Positions 1-7,721 of a stretch of DNA of 46,182 nt are shown here, in pieces (position 1 is the first letter of the stretch; each line of letters starts with the position of its first letter). The notes below the pieces were generated by a model. It searched no databases. It saw nothing but the letters and a program-made list of their open reading frames with translations, and was not told the origin of the DNA. Made by a program: the position numbers and the translations under genes. Source of the stretch: a virus (Duplodnaviria; Caudoviricetes); IMG/VR virus record IMGVR_UViG_3300011438_000016, positions 1-46,182 of that record; one strand, written 5' to 3'.

Positions 1-984
1 AGGTGTCCCCGCGTTCGGTTCCTTCCAGGTCTTCTCGATAACGAGCCGCTGCTCCCGGACATCCCAGTAGCCGAAGACGATGCCCGTGTTGTCCACCATG
101 CCAGGGTCCATAGCTACGTAGGCGTCGTAGTACGGGGGTCTGATGACCTTTTTGCAGATCTCCACGCGCGCTGCTGCATCGAATTCCGGGACTACCGCGC
201 TGCCGGAATCCGTAACCCACTTCGTCCAGTACTCGCGGAGGGCGGTGGTCCCCTTGGGCAAAGCCTCGCCGCGCAGGATAGCCGGGATGTCCTCGAGCTT
301 CTCTCCCGCAGACTCTAGGGCTCGGGTCTTCTGCGCGTCTGTGAGATGAGGTGCGTCGAGCAAGGTAAACTCGTAGCCCTGGCCCTTAGCGAACGCCTGG
401 TCGCAGAGCTTCTTCGAATCATGGGCCGGCGTAGCGGAGGGTGTTGTGGCGAGGATTACGCTGCCATCCGTGGTCAACGTCATCGGCGTTACTACGCTGT
501 CCACGACGTAGGAGAGCGAGTCCATTTGGCCCACCTCATCTAGGATGACCAGGTCCGCAGAGCCTCCGCGCAAAGAGTCCGCGGTCTCTCCGTTCGTACC
601 TCGCACCTTGATTACGGAGCCATTCTTAAATGAAAAGGTTTTACTCTGCGTCGAGTAGTCAGGCCTCAGCTCCGGGGGGCAATCAGGCAGGATCCGCGCA
701 GTCGCCTCGGCAAAGATATCGTTGGCGTCCTTCGCCCACGGAGCGAGGTAGAGGACCCTGGCGCCCGGCTTACGCAGCGCTGCCTCGAATGCGAGGACAG
801 TTAGGAGAAACGTTTTACCGAGGCGGCGTGAGCAGCAGAGGAAATGCTGAGGGGACTTAGATGCCGCGATAGCATCGTAGATCTTGCGCTGGGTAGCGTG
901 GAGCAGGTAGTAAAGAAACCCACGCCGCCAGGCCTCGTACTTAGCTAAGTAGCGGGCGGCGTCGAGAAGCTTGGGGTCTTTCAC
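1..984 (-). CDS. terL: Terminase large subunit (runs off left edge; not in ORF track)
   Basis: Manual translation from GTG at 984: MKDPKLLDAARYLAK...; Walker A SRRLGKT, LRGGSADLVILDE (Walker B), coupling motif ILATTP, nuclease start YVAMDPG; open to position 1. Confidence 0.93.
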   Translation of the reverse strand, partial: MKDPKLLDAARYLAKYEAWRRGFLYYLLHATQRKIYDAIAASKSPQHFLCCSRRLGKTFLLTVLAFEAALRKPGARVLYLAPWAKDANDIFAEATARILPDCPPELRPDYSTQSKTFSFKNGSVIKVRGTNGETADSLRGGSADLVILDEVGQMDSLSYVVDSVVTPMTLTTDGSVILATTPSATPAHDSKKLCDQAFAKGQGYEFTLLDAPHLTDAQKTRALESAGEKLEDIPAILRGEALPKGTTALREYWTKWVTDSGSAVVPEFDAAARVEICKKVIRPPYYDAYVAMDPGMVDNTGIVFGYWDVREQRLVIEKTWKEPNAGTP

Positions 985-990
985 CTTAGA

Positions 991-999
991 TACTTATTA
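991..999 (-). promoter_or_regulatory. Putative late promoter TAATAAGTA (terL)
   Basis: Exact 9-mer, 6 nt upstream of terL GTG; one of six co-oriented copies. Confidence 0.7.
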
Positions 1000-1000
1000 T

Positions 1001-1109
1001 AAATGCCCCGTGTCGCCGGGACCACGCGTCAGCCATTCACCCTGTTTCCCCGGTGCTAGGCACCAACCGCCAGGGCTGCTACAGGCGCTCACCTTGGGCT
1101 GCGCGGCGA
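1001..1109 (-). ncRNA. Putative structured ncRNA (three-way junction plus 3' hairpin)
   Basis: Closing helix CGCGCAGCC/GGCTGACGCG; hairpin AGGTG/CGCCT; arm GCCCTG/CAGGGT enclosing TTGGTGC/GCACCGG; terminal hairpin GTCCCG/CGGGGC; no ORF in track. Confidence 0.5.
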
Positions 1110-1179
1110 TTGCGGAGTGAGAACTTGAATCTCAGCCTACAGGATTATGAGCCCCGAGTTGGCACCTGCCAGCCCCGCA
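1110..1179 (-). tRNA. Atypical tRNA-Met(CAT), initiator-like, no encoded CCA
   Basis: Acceptor TGCGGGG/CTCCGCA+A, anticodon arm CGGGG-CTCATAA-TCCTG, T arm TGAGA-TTCAAGT-TCTCA, reduced D arm TGGC-AGGT-GCCA. Confidence 0.8.
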
Positions 1180-1184
1180 TCCTA

Positions 1185-1199
1185 TACTTATTATTACTT
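1185..1199 (-). promoter_or_regulatory. Putative late promoter AAGTAATAATAAGTA (tRNA/ncRNA)
   Basis: 15-mer identical to copies at 30201 and 39546; 5 nt upstream of the tRNA. Confidence 0.7.
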
Positions 1200-1445
1200 A
1201 GCCTCCCCGAAGATTAAACCCACGGTCATCACAAAACCCCAGGCATGACTAAGCGCCTCCGCTGCCCGGCCCTCGTGCCAATAAGCCCCCGCCAGCCCCG
1301 CGAAGAGGACCAGGAGCCAGGCCCACGCGGCTCCCCTAATTAATCGTGCCAACGTACACCAAGTAGTTCGGGACCTCAGCCATATAGCGCCAGACGCGTT
1401 GCTCATTGAAATAAAAGTACATAAGGGACGCGAGGCTCTGCTCAA
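1194..1445 (-). CDS. Small membrane protein (true start probably ~1352)
   Basis: Two hydrophobic stretches in the C-terminal half; N-terminal part overlaps the neighbouring ORF. Confidence 0.4.
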   Translation of the reverse strand: MSRASRPLCTFISMSNASGAIWLRSRTTWCTLARLIRGAAWAWLLVLFAGLAGAYWHEGRAAEALSHAWGFVMTVGLIFGEAK

Positions 1446-1539
1446 CGAGCAACAAGGAATCCGAGGCGGGGTTATAGAGCACGTCGCCCTCTTGATACCT
1501 AGGCTTCTTAGGGCCTCGGGGCTTAGTTAATCGACTCAT
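1336..1539 (-). CDS. Hypothetical protein
   Basis: MSRLTKPRGPKKPRYQEGDVL...; start overlaps end of upstream ORF. Confidence 0.55.
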   Translation of the reverse strand: MSRLTKPRGPKKPRYQEGDVLYNPASDSLLLVEQSLASLMYFYFNEQRVWRYMAEVPNYLVYVGTIN

Positions 1540-1744
1540 TGGGCTCGCTCGTCGGAGCTGGGGGGACCGAGGCAAGCTGAGCCAGAGACTCGAGGGCGCT
1601 CTGCTGCAACGCAGCGACGAATTGCTGGTGACAGATCCGCGTCGTCTCAGCCATCACGCGAGCGATGAGCCGCGGTCGATACCAAAGCCATCCAGCGTAG
1701 GCGAGGACGAGGGTGAAAACGGCTACAGTAATCAGATCGAACAT
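1523..1744 (-). CDS. Membrane-anchored hypothetical protein
   Basis: N-terminal TM segment; sigma70 promoter directly upstream. Confidence 0.7.
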   Translation of the reverse strand: MFDLITVAVFTLVLAYAGWLWYRPRLIARVMAETTRICHQQFVAALQQSALESLAQLASVPPAPTSEPNESIN

Positions 1745-1750
1745 AGGAGA

Positions 1751-1779
1751 AGCATAACACAGCGTGTCCGATATGTCAA
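1751..1779 (-). promoter_or_regulatory. sigma70 promoter, leaderless
   Basis: TTGACA-17 nt-TATGCT with extended TG, ATG 6 nt downstream. Confidence 0.75.
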
Positions 1780-2087
1780 GCAGTCTTAGCCTAAGATGTC
1801 CGCGTTATAAGACACCAAGGGTTAGTATAAACTATAAACTATCCACCTGAGTAGACCTAAGTAGCCGTGAGAGCTGGGGAATCCTAGGGCTAAGTAGCTT
1901 GGGTTTTTGAGGGAAATTTTTACACAGGCTTTGCCCGAGGTTTTTAAATTCTCGGACCCGGTGGTGGGGGTCGAGATCGAAGGCCTAGGCCCAGCAATCC
2001 TGGACACTTAGCATCATTGATTACCTGGCAGACAGCGCTCTAAGCACTCAATATCTCAGGCCTAGGACACCGTCACCTAACACCCGG

Positions 2088-2594
2088 TTACGTGGTTTCC
2101 TCAGTAACGACAGACCCTTCTACAACGTTTGTAGCCGTTTCGGTAGCCAATGGACCGGATCCCGCGTCTAGCAACCCTAGTAATTGTTCCTTGGTCAACG
2201 CGGCCGCGGCCTCCCGTTGCTCGCTGTCCATGGCGCCGACGATATGGGTCTCAGGGCTCCGACCGAACCTGCGGTCCATTAGGTCCCTGAGCATCGTTAC
2301 CTGCTCTCTAGATGCCCGTATTTTGCCCGTGGCGACGTCAGCCGCGTACTCCAGGATATTGGGGAAGGCTACTTCGATCCGCGCTGCTACGCTCCCCCGG
2401 CGCTTGCCTAGATTGGGTGACGCTGAGCCTGGTAAGATGAGGCCTCGATCGTCGCGCTTGACTTCGAACCCTGAAACCGTACCCTTAGCATCCTCGATCA
2501 CTACAGCCTTAGCCTCTTCTAGCTTTTTCGCTTGTAAATCCGCCTTAGTAGGCCTAGACCGCTTCAATTTTACTTCCTTAGTCTCTGCTGTCAT
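2088..2594 (-). CDS. terS: Putative terminase small subunit
   Basis: RDDRGLILPGSASPNLGKR and LMDRRFGRSPE motifs typical of DUF5681-like/TerS proteins; upstream of and co-oriented with terL. Confidence 0.6.
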   Translation of the reverse strand: MTAETKEVKLKRSRPTKADLQAKKLEEAKAVVIEDAKGTVSGFEVKRDDRGLILPGSASPNLGKRRGSVAARIEVAFPNILEYAADVATGKIRASREQVTMLRDLMDRRFGRSPETHIVGAMDSEQREAAAALTKEQLLGLLDAGSGPLATETATNVVEGSVVTEETT

Positions 2595-2710
2595 AGGGGC
2601 GCGAAAATGTTTGCCTAGGGTGCGAAAATCTCAAGCCATTGATACTAATCACTATGACCTATATAACCGCGCAAATGGTTTCGCACATAAGACTTATTGG
2701 GTTATGTAAG

Positions 2711-2719
2711 TACTTATTA
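2711..2719 (-). promoter_or_regulatory. Putative late promoter TAATAAGTA (terS)
   Basis: Exact motif ~117 nt upstream of terS. Confidence 0.6.
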
Positions 2720-2737
2720 CATCGTGACCTAATACGA

Positions 2738-2753
2738 TGGCACGCCGAGTGCT
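2738..2753 (+). promoter_or_regulatory. sigma54 (-24/-12) promoter of early operon
   Basis: TGGCACG-CCGA-GTGCT (GG-N10-GC); AGGAGG RBS and ATG 2808 downstream. Confidence 0.65.
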
Positions 2754-2807
2754 TTATAGTTCTGCATCACTGGCCAAGTGAACTAACCCGAAGTAGGAGG
2801 ACGAACA

Positions 2808-2996
2808 ATGAACCAAACAAAGCGGATCGAAGAAATGCGAGTTAGGCTCGCCGCGGTTATCGAGGGATTGCTTGACCTTGAACTTTTCGCGGGGGATCTG
2901 ATCGAAGATCCAGATCGCGCGGATTCGGAGCCGTTGGGCGAAGTTGTTAAACGAGTACGACATCTGGTCAGCGTCGCGCAGGGGACTAACACCTAA
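2808..2996 (+). CDS. Hypothetical early protein
   Basis: Strong RBS AGGAGG; first gene of the operon. Confidence 0.75.
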   Translation: MNQTKRIEEMRVRLAAVIEGLLDLELFAGDLIEDPDRADSEPLGEVVKRVRHLVSVAQGTNT

Positions 2997-3016
2997 CCCA
3001 CAACGGACACACCACT

Positions 3017-3307
3017 ATGACCGCTAAGCATACCCCAGGACCCTGGGAACTGATCCCAACGAAGCTAGCAGGAATCACGGACCTTCGAGCCCAAGGGCGC
3101 CACCTACTCCGAATCAGCGACTCTAGGGTCGGGCACATAGACGCCAACGCCCGCTTAATTGCCTCAGCTCCTGATCTCCTGGAAGCGCTTAAGGCATTAC
3201 TAAACCGTGTCGACCCGGCAAACAAGGAACGGGAGATCACTCCAAAATCCCTACTCCAGAAAATGGACCAAGCACGCGCCGCAATAGCTAAAGCGGAAGG
3301 TACCTAA
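3017..3307 (+). CDS. Conserved phage protein (HTPGPW...NARLIA.APDLLEAL family)
   Basis: Characteristic motifs; paralogues at 24509 and 31383. Confidence 0.8.
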   Translation: MTAKHTPGPWELIPTKLAGITDLRAQGRHLLRISDSRVGHIDANARLIASAPDLLEALKALLNRVDPANKEREITPKSLLQKMDQARAAIAKAEGT

Positions 3308-3403
3308 TGCTCGCCTTTATCGGATTTGTAATCGTAGCTTTCCACGTTGTAATATTCACCATCGCGTTCATTATGGACGCTGCACACAAAGGAACCTAAT
3401 ACC

Positions 3404-4207
3404 ATGCTTACCCTTAATGCTCCTCCCTCGCAGTACCTCGCAGCTGAGAAATTCTCCCACGCACTGGCCCCTAATCGCTCGCCCCGCTACTCCACGGTAG
3501 ACAGTGGCGAAGTCTTGCGCCGCTTCCTTGACGCTGGCTTGATGCTCCGAACCGTGGTCCCCCAGAAACTCCGACGCAAGTCTATTGAAGCCGGTAGGGA
3601 TGGCTTGCAGAAACACATCTTCCGTTTCGACACTGGCATCTCTCTCCCTGACAATTCCAAGCTTGAGGTACTTCTCCGTAATAGCTATGACGGGACCGCG
3701 GCGTTTGGTCTTAGTCTCGGGGTGTTCCGGATCGTGTGCTCTAACGGCCTGGTTGCAGGGACCACATTCATGCGAGAGAGCGTGACGCATAGCGGGTCGA
3801 ATGTCTGGGATCGCGTGTCAGCAGGGATTGCTAAGGTACTCGCACAGGGACCTAAGATGGCTGACACGATCGAGCGATGGAGTGCCAAGCAATTGACCGA
3901 TGGCCGCGCCGCAGGCTTCGCTATGAAGGTTGCAGAGACCATGCTGCCCACTGGGGCATTGATTCACAATGCTACCTCTCTCTTGGGAGCCCGAAGGACC
4001 GAGGATGCTAAGGCGGACCTCTGGACCACGTTTAATCGCATCCAGGAGAACACTCTCGCTGGCGGATTACTCTACCGCTTGCCTACGGATGATGAAAGCA
4101 AGGTCCGTAGGACTCGCATTGCCCGGGGCGCTGATTCTGTATTCAAGACCAATGTAGCTTTGTGGGACCTTGCTAACGAAGTAGACGGGGAGGTCGTCGC
4201 GTCATGA
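3404..4207 (+). CDS. DUF932-family phage/plasmid protein
   Basis: LLRNSYDGT, GVFRIVCSNGLV, DLWTTFNRIQEN motifs. Confidence 0.88.
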   Translation: MLTLNAPPSQYLAAEKFSHALAPNRSPRYSTVDSGEVLRRFLDAGLMLRTVVPQKLRRKSIEAGRDGLQKHIFRFDTGISLPDNSKLEVLLRNSYDGTAAFGLSLGVFRIVCSNGLVAGTTFMRESVTHSGSNVWDRVSAGIAKVLAQGPKMADTIERWSAKQLTDGRAAGFAMKVAETMLPTGALIHNATSLLGARRTEDAKADLWTTFNRIQENTLAGGLLYRLPTDDESKVRRTRIARGADSVFKTNVALWDLANEVDGEVVAS

Positions 4208-4497
4208 GTGAAACCGTGGAAGGTTGGAAGAACTACGAGACGTGGGCTATCGCCCTCTGGATCGCTAACGATAGGGAGCAATATGAATATTGGAATGGTA
4301 TGGCTCAAAACCTAGTTAATCTTGGCCGACATAAACACGATGCGGCAGTGTTTCTGTGTAGGCAAATGGAGATTGAAATAAGGCCACCTAAGATCGAGTC
4401 CGAACCGTGGTCTGCGATCCTTAGCAGTGCAGCTAGGGAAGTCTATTGGATGGATATTGCCTCAGACCTACTCGCCGATAAGGAGCCTGTGAAATGA
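4204..4497 (+). CDS. Conserved hypothetical early protein
   Basis: GWKNYETWAIALWIAND motif; ATGA coupling. Confidence 0.75.
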   Translation: MSETVEGWKNYETWAIALWIANDREQYEYWNGMAQNLVNLGRHKHDAAVFLCRQMEIEIRPPKIESEPWSAILSSAAREVYWMDIASDLLADKEPVK

Positions 4498-4760
4498 AAT
4501 CCCACGAATTCCGCTCAGCGCTTAGGCGCGGTAAGTACACGTCCCTAGGCTCTTACCCTACCTACTTCGTCACGACCGATGGAGGCGCCTTATGCCACGC
4601 GTGCGCCAAAGAAGAATGTGCCCTTATTTGCCGCGCAATCTTTCGCGACGATAAGACCGGGGGATGGCACGTTTTCGGTCAAGATATCAATTACGAGGAT
4701 ACTGAATTGTATTGCGACCATTGCAGTAAATCTATCGAGTCTGCTTATGGAGATACTTAA
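4494..4760 (+). CDS. Putative zinc-binding protein
   Basis: CHAC and CDHC pairs; ATGA coupling. Confidence 0.75.
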   Translation: MKSHEFRSALRRGKYTSLGSYPTYFVTTDGGALCHACAKEECALICRAIFRDDKTGGWHVFGQDINYEDTELYCDHCSKSIESAYGDT

Positions 4761-4761
4761 C

Positions 4762-5016
4762 ATGAAACTCAAGAATCGAGCTTGGCATCGTGGTTTTGAC
4801 AAGGGGAATTACGGTAGTGCTTATGAGTCTACAGACTGGGATTCATGGTACGCCCATAACTGTATCCCCCCTGAGAACTTCGAAGATGTCCACTCCTACC
4901 TAGCAGGCCTAATCCTCGGGTTCTTCAGCTCCTACGAGATTCACGAAATCCCCGACCCTATCGCCGCAGAGGATGTAGCGATCTTGCGAGCTGAGTATGA
5001 ACTGGTGACCGAATGA
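4762..5016 (+). CDS. Hypothetical protein
   Basis: GGAG RBS before ATG 4762. Confidence 0.65.
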   Translation: MKLKNRAWHRGFDKGNYGSAYESTDWDSWYAHNCIPPENFEDVHSYLAGLILGFFSSYEIHEIPDPIAAEDVAILRAEYELVTE

Positions 5017-5213
5017 CCTACACAATATGCGAAAGAAACACAGCGCTACAGTCCGGAAGATGGAGCGGAACCTACGACACTTTGGAAGCAGCGCAAGCGA
5101 GGATAGAGGCTCAATTACCGCGCCTTAGATCCTTCGTAGAACTGTTCGTGTGCGAAGGGACACCTAAGAACCCTGGCAAAAAAGTAGGCCCCGTGATGCG
5201 AGGCGCGACATGA
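5013..5213 (+). CDS. Hypothetical protein
   Basis: ATGA coupling in early operon. Confidence 0.6.
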   Translation: MTYTICERNTALQSGRWSGTYDTLEAAQARIEAQLPRLRSFVELFVCEGTPKNPGKKVGPVMRGAT

Positions 5214-5401
5214 AAACCTTCGGCACGTGGCGTGAGGCTAGGACCTACGCACAGCAAATCGCCAATGAGACCAAGCTTAGCCTGGGGATAGAGAAATCAG
5301 GGTACCCAGGCTACCCAGTCGAGTGGGTCGTGCGCTACCTGCCCAAGAAAGAGAATCGATATGGATATGACACTCAGTGCGAGGCTGTAGAGCCCGAGTA
5401 A
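5210..5401 (+). CDS. Hypothetical protein
   Basis: ATGA coupling, GAGG RBS. Confidence 0.65.
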   Translation: MKTFGTWREARTYAQQIANETKLSLGIEKSGYPGYPVEWVVRYLPKKENRYGYDTQCEAVEPE

Positions 5402-5406
5402 TTTTT

Positions 5407-5436
5407 CCGGGGGAGTTTTGAGCCTGGAAATTGAAA
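5407..5436 (+). repeat. Dispersed ~30 bp motif, copy 1 (also 6721-6750, 7690-7720)
   Basis: CGGGGGA-N4-6-TGRGCMTRGAAWTTGRA in three co-oriented copies. Confidence 0.65.
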
Positions 5437-5465
5437 ACCCGAAAACCACAATGGAGATATTTAAC

Positions 5466-5657
5466 ATGAAACTCGAATGGAATAGAGGTTACTGGCAAGC
5501 CAACGCAGACGTAGAAACGGAGGGTAATATCCTTCACTGGTATACGCAGGCCTCCGCTGACTTCAAAGCAGGCTACCGGAGTCGCATAGCCACCTATATG
5601 TTACGATGTGCAGCGCTGGGGTTAGTTCCTAGGACGAGAGATTCTAATGGATCTTAA
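5466..5657 (+). CDS. Hypothetical protein
   Basis: RBS/start region nearly identical to that of the 4762 gene. Confidence 0.6.
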   Translation: MKLEWNRGYWQANADVETEGNILHWYTQASADFKAGYRSRIATYMLRCAALGLVPRTRDSNGS

Positions 5658-5838
5658 AGCTAGAGAGGCCTGTCGCAAAATGCTAGTGCAATACTACCTT
5701 AAGCTTATCAGGGCTGGGGCATCGAAGAACCGAGCCCGGCAATTGACAGCGAAGAAAGCCCACACTATGGGTCCGGAATGTGCTAAGATGGTTAGTGGTG
5801 TGCTTGCTTACCTCGAGGGGAGCGAAGATGAAAATTGA
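5647..5838 (+). CDS. Hypothetical protein
   Basis: Overlapping operon gene. Confidence 0.55.
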   Translation: MDLKAREACRKMLVQYYLKLIRAGASKNRARQLTAKKAHTMGPECAKMVSGVLAYLEGSEDEN

Positions 5839-6193
5839 AATAGAGATCTCAGAGCAGCGCCTAGCGGACATGCTTTGTTCAGGTATGGAGGGTGGAATCA
5901 ATTACTGGGCCAAGATTATAAGCTACGTTGCGCCTACAGATCTGAAGTTTAAGATCTACCCTCCCGAAGTCTTCAGGCACGTTGATTACCCGATGAGCGG
6001 GGGTTGCGTCACACTTCAAACCGAGGAAGGCGAAAGCTACATGCTCACTAAGCCTAAGCTCTTAGCAGGCCTCGAGACCATGTCCAAAGTAGCGCCTAAG
6101 CACTTCGCCAATTGGCTAGCGGAACGCGATGATGCCGAAACCGGGGATGTCTTTATCCAATGCTGCCTGTTCGGCAAGGTGATCTACGGATGA
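5828..6193 (+). CDS. Conserved phage hypothetical protein
   Basis: EGGINYWA and DAETGDVFIQCCLFGKVIYG motifs; GAGGGG RBS. Confidence 0.8.
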   Translation: MKIEIEISEQRLADMLCSGMEGGINYWAKIISYVAPTDLKFKIYPPEVFRHVDYPMSGGCVTLQTEEGESYMLTKPKLLAGLETMSKVAPKHFANWLAERDDAETGDVFIQCCLFGKVIYG

Positions 6194-6308
6194 AACCTGA
6201 GATCTTCATCCCCCTAGCCTTCCTAGCGGCATGCTCACTTTGGCTCTATTGGCTTAGTCTAGCGAAGCCGCCGATCACGCCCCAGATACTCCAATACCTA
6301 GGGGCGCC

Positions 6309-6521
6309 ATGACGATCGAAAAAACAGAACCGATAAAAATGACAGCGGGCTTTGTGGTTATGTCCACCTTATCCGGAACCCAATATCATCCGAGTAATGT
6401 GACGGCAGAGCAGTTAGTAGAAGTTGCCAGCACAATCCCCGAGATCTTCCCCGAAGGCCTATCGCTCGATCAGGCGCGTTGGTTGCTCGAGAACCCTAAC
6501 GAGATTGTCGAGGGCAAATGA
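6309..6521 (+). CDS. Hypothetical protein
   Basis: ORF track, operon context. Confidence 0.55.
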   Translation: MTIEKTEPIKMTAGFVVMSTLSGTQYHPSNVTAEQLVEVASTIPEIFPEGLSLDQARWLLENPNEIVEGK

Positions 6522-6736
6522 CCCACCTATTGGCCTATCTGCTTCTAATCCTCCCTACTCCGGAGTTTTGCCTAGCCTACCGTCAAGGCTACCGCGCCGC
6601 TGTGTGTGAGGGTATGGGTCCGCTGTGCATTACCGCGCCTAGGGTCTATCCTGCGTGTCCTAGTGACGGCGGGACGCCTCAGGAAGGCTATCAGTGGGGG
6701 TGGGACGCTGGGGTAAAAATCCGGGGGAAAAACTGA
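6518..6736 (+). CDS. Small secreted Cys-containing protein
   Basis: Hydrophobic N-terminus, four Cys, ATGA coupling. Confidence 0.6.
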   Translation: MTHLLAYLLLILPTPEFCLAYRQGYRAAVCEGMGPLCITAPRVYPACPSDGGTPQEGYQWGWDAGVKIRGKN

Positions 6737-6857
6737 GCCTAGAATTTGGATTCCTAAATTCGAGCCCTAAGGCTTTTACCAGGGGATCAGGGACTCTAAA
6801 AGGTAGGCTTATGTATGCTTAGTTACATCGCGGGCTTACAAGGCTACTTTCCATGCG

Positions 6858-6899
6858 AAACAGGGGGGGTAAGGGGTAGGTAGCGGCCCCCCCGTTTTT
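6858..6899. terminator. Hairpin between convergent operons, possible bidirectional terminator
   Basis: AAAC-GGGGGGG ... CCCCCCC-GTTTTT. Confidence 0.5.
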
Positions 6900-6907
6900 G
6901 GGTGGAA

Positions 6908-7378
6908 TTAACGCTTACGCTTACGGTCCTTCAAACGGTCTTTCATAGCTCGGTATTCTAGGATGCTGTAGGGCTCGTGCAAACCGCGAGCATAGAGGTA
7001 GTAAGCCCCGTACTCGGCATAGTCCTTATGCGAACCTTCGGGCATATTACGCATGGCGCGTTCAAGAAAGGGGGCCTTAGCAGCGTCGGATAATGCTAAC
7101 CAGCGCTCTAGCTTTAGAGTCTTACGCTTATCGTCAAATCCTTCGGCGATCTTCGAGGCCCATTTAATTTCGCCAGCCTCATTTACGAAGCACTCAAGAT
7201 TAACACGCTTCTCTTTTTCGTGGGGTACATAAACAGGACGCTTAGCGAACAGAGGCTCAGGCTCCTCGCACTTGGACCACGTGCCGTCGGGGTTGCGCTT
7301 AGACCACGTCTCCCCTTCACCCAACGTAGCAATTTCAACCTTAGCAAAAGCCTCTCTAGCCTTCGGATGTACGCCCAC
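6908..7378 (-). CDS. Hypothetical protein
   Basis: 156 aa ORF coupled to upstream gene. Confidence 0.65.
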   Translation of the reverse strand: MGVHPKAREAFAKVEIATLGEGETWSKRNPDGTWSKCEEPEPLFAKRPVYVPHEKEKRVNLECFVNEAGEIKWASKIAEGFDDKRKTLKLERWLALSDAAKAPFLERAMRNMPEGSHKDYAEYGAYYLYARGLHEPYSILEYRAMKDRLKDRKRKR

Positions 7379-7710
7379 TATCGCCTCCCCATTGCAACGG
7401 TATCAAGCATAAGGCGCAACTTAGATTCAGTAGCCGCCATCGCATCCTTAGCCGCCGTCATATCCGTATGAACCTTAACCATGTCCAGACTAGGCGCAAC
7501 GGGAGCAGTAGCCTTAGCTGGCCGCGCTCGCTTCCAGGCATAGAACCCAGCCATAGCGAGGAACGCAGTCAGCTCAGTGAGAGAGACATCGCTCAGAGTC
7601 GCCAGCTTCCCGAGGGCAATCATAAAGCTAATATTCGTGAGACTAAGATTACCGTCGTGGGGATCAACGAGACGGAGCCAGATCAAAATACGGGGGAGAA
7701 ATTTGGGCAT
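7378..7710 (-). CDS. Membrane protein, holin candidate
   Basis: Two hydrophobic segments then basic WKRAR and a coiled tail. Confidence 0.55.
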   Translation of the reverse strand: MPKFLPRILIWLRLVDPHDGNLSLTNISFMIALGKLATLSDVSLTELTAFLAMAGFYAWKRARPAKATAPVAPSLDMVKVHTDMTAAKDAMAATESKLRLMLDTVAMGRR

Positions 7711-7721
7711 AGAATTTGAAT

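Noticed and set aside
1038-1078. Hammerhead-like layout CTGGCGG-stem-GAAAC in the ncRNA
   Set aside because: Core deviates from CUGANGA at essential positions and no stem III/cleavage triplet fits
1001-1109. 5S rRNA or SRP RNA resemblance (CCTGGCGG, GTGGTCCC)
   Set aside because: Only short words match; spacing and conserved loops (e.g. SRP GGAA domain) are absent
6862-6886. G-quadruplex in the G-rich run
   Set aside because: The G7 tract pairs with the adjacent C7 tract; a terminator hairpin between convergent genes is the simpler reading
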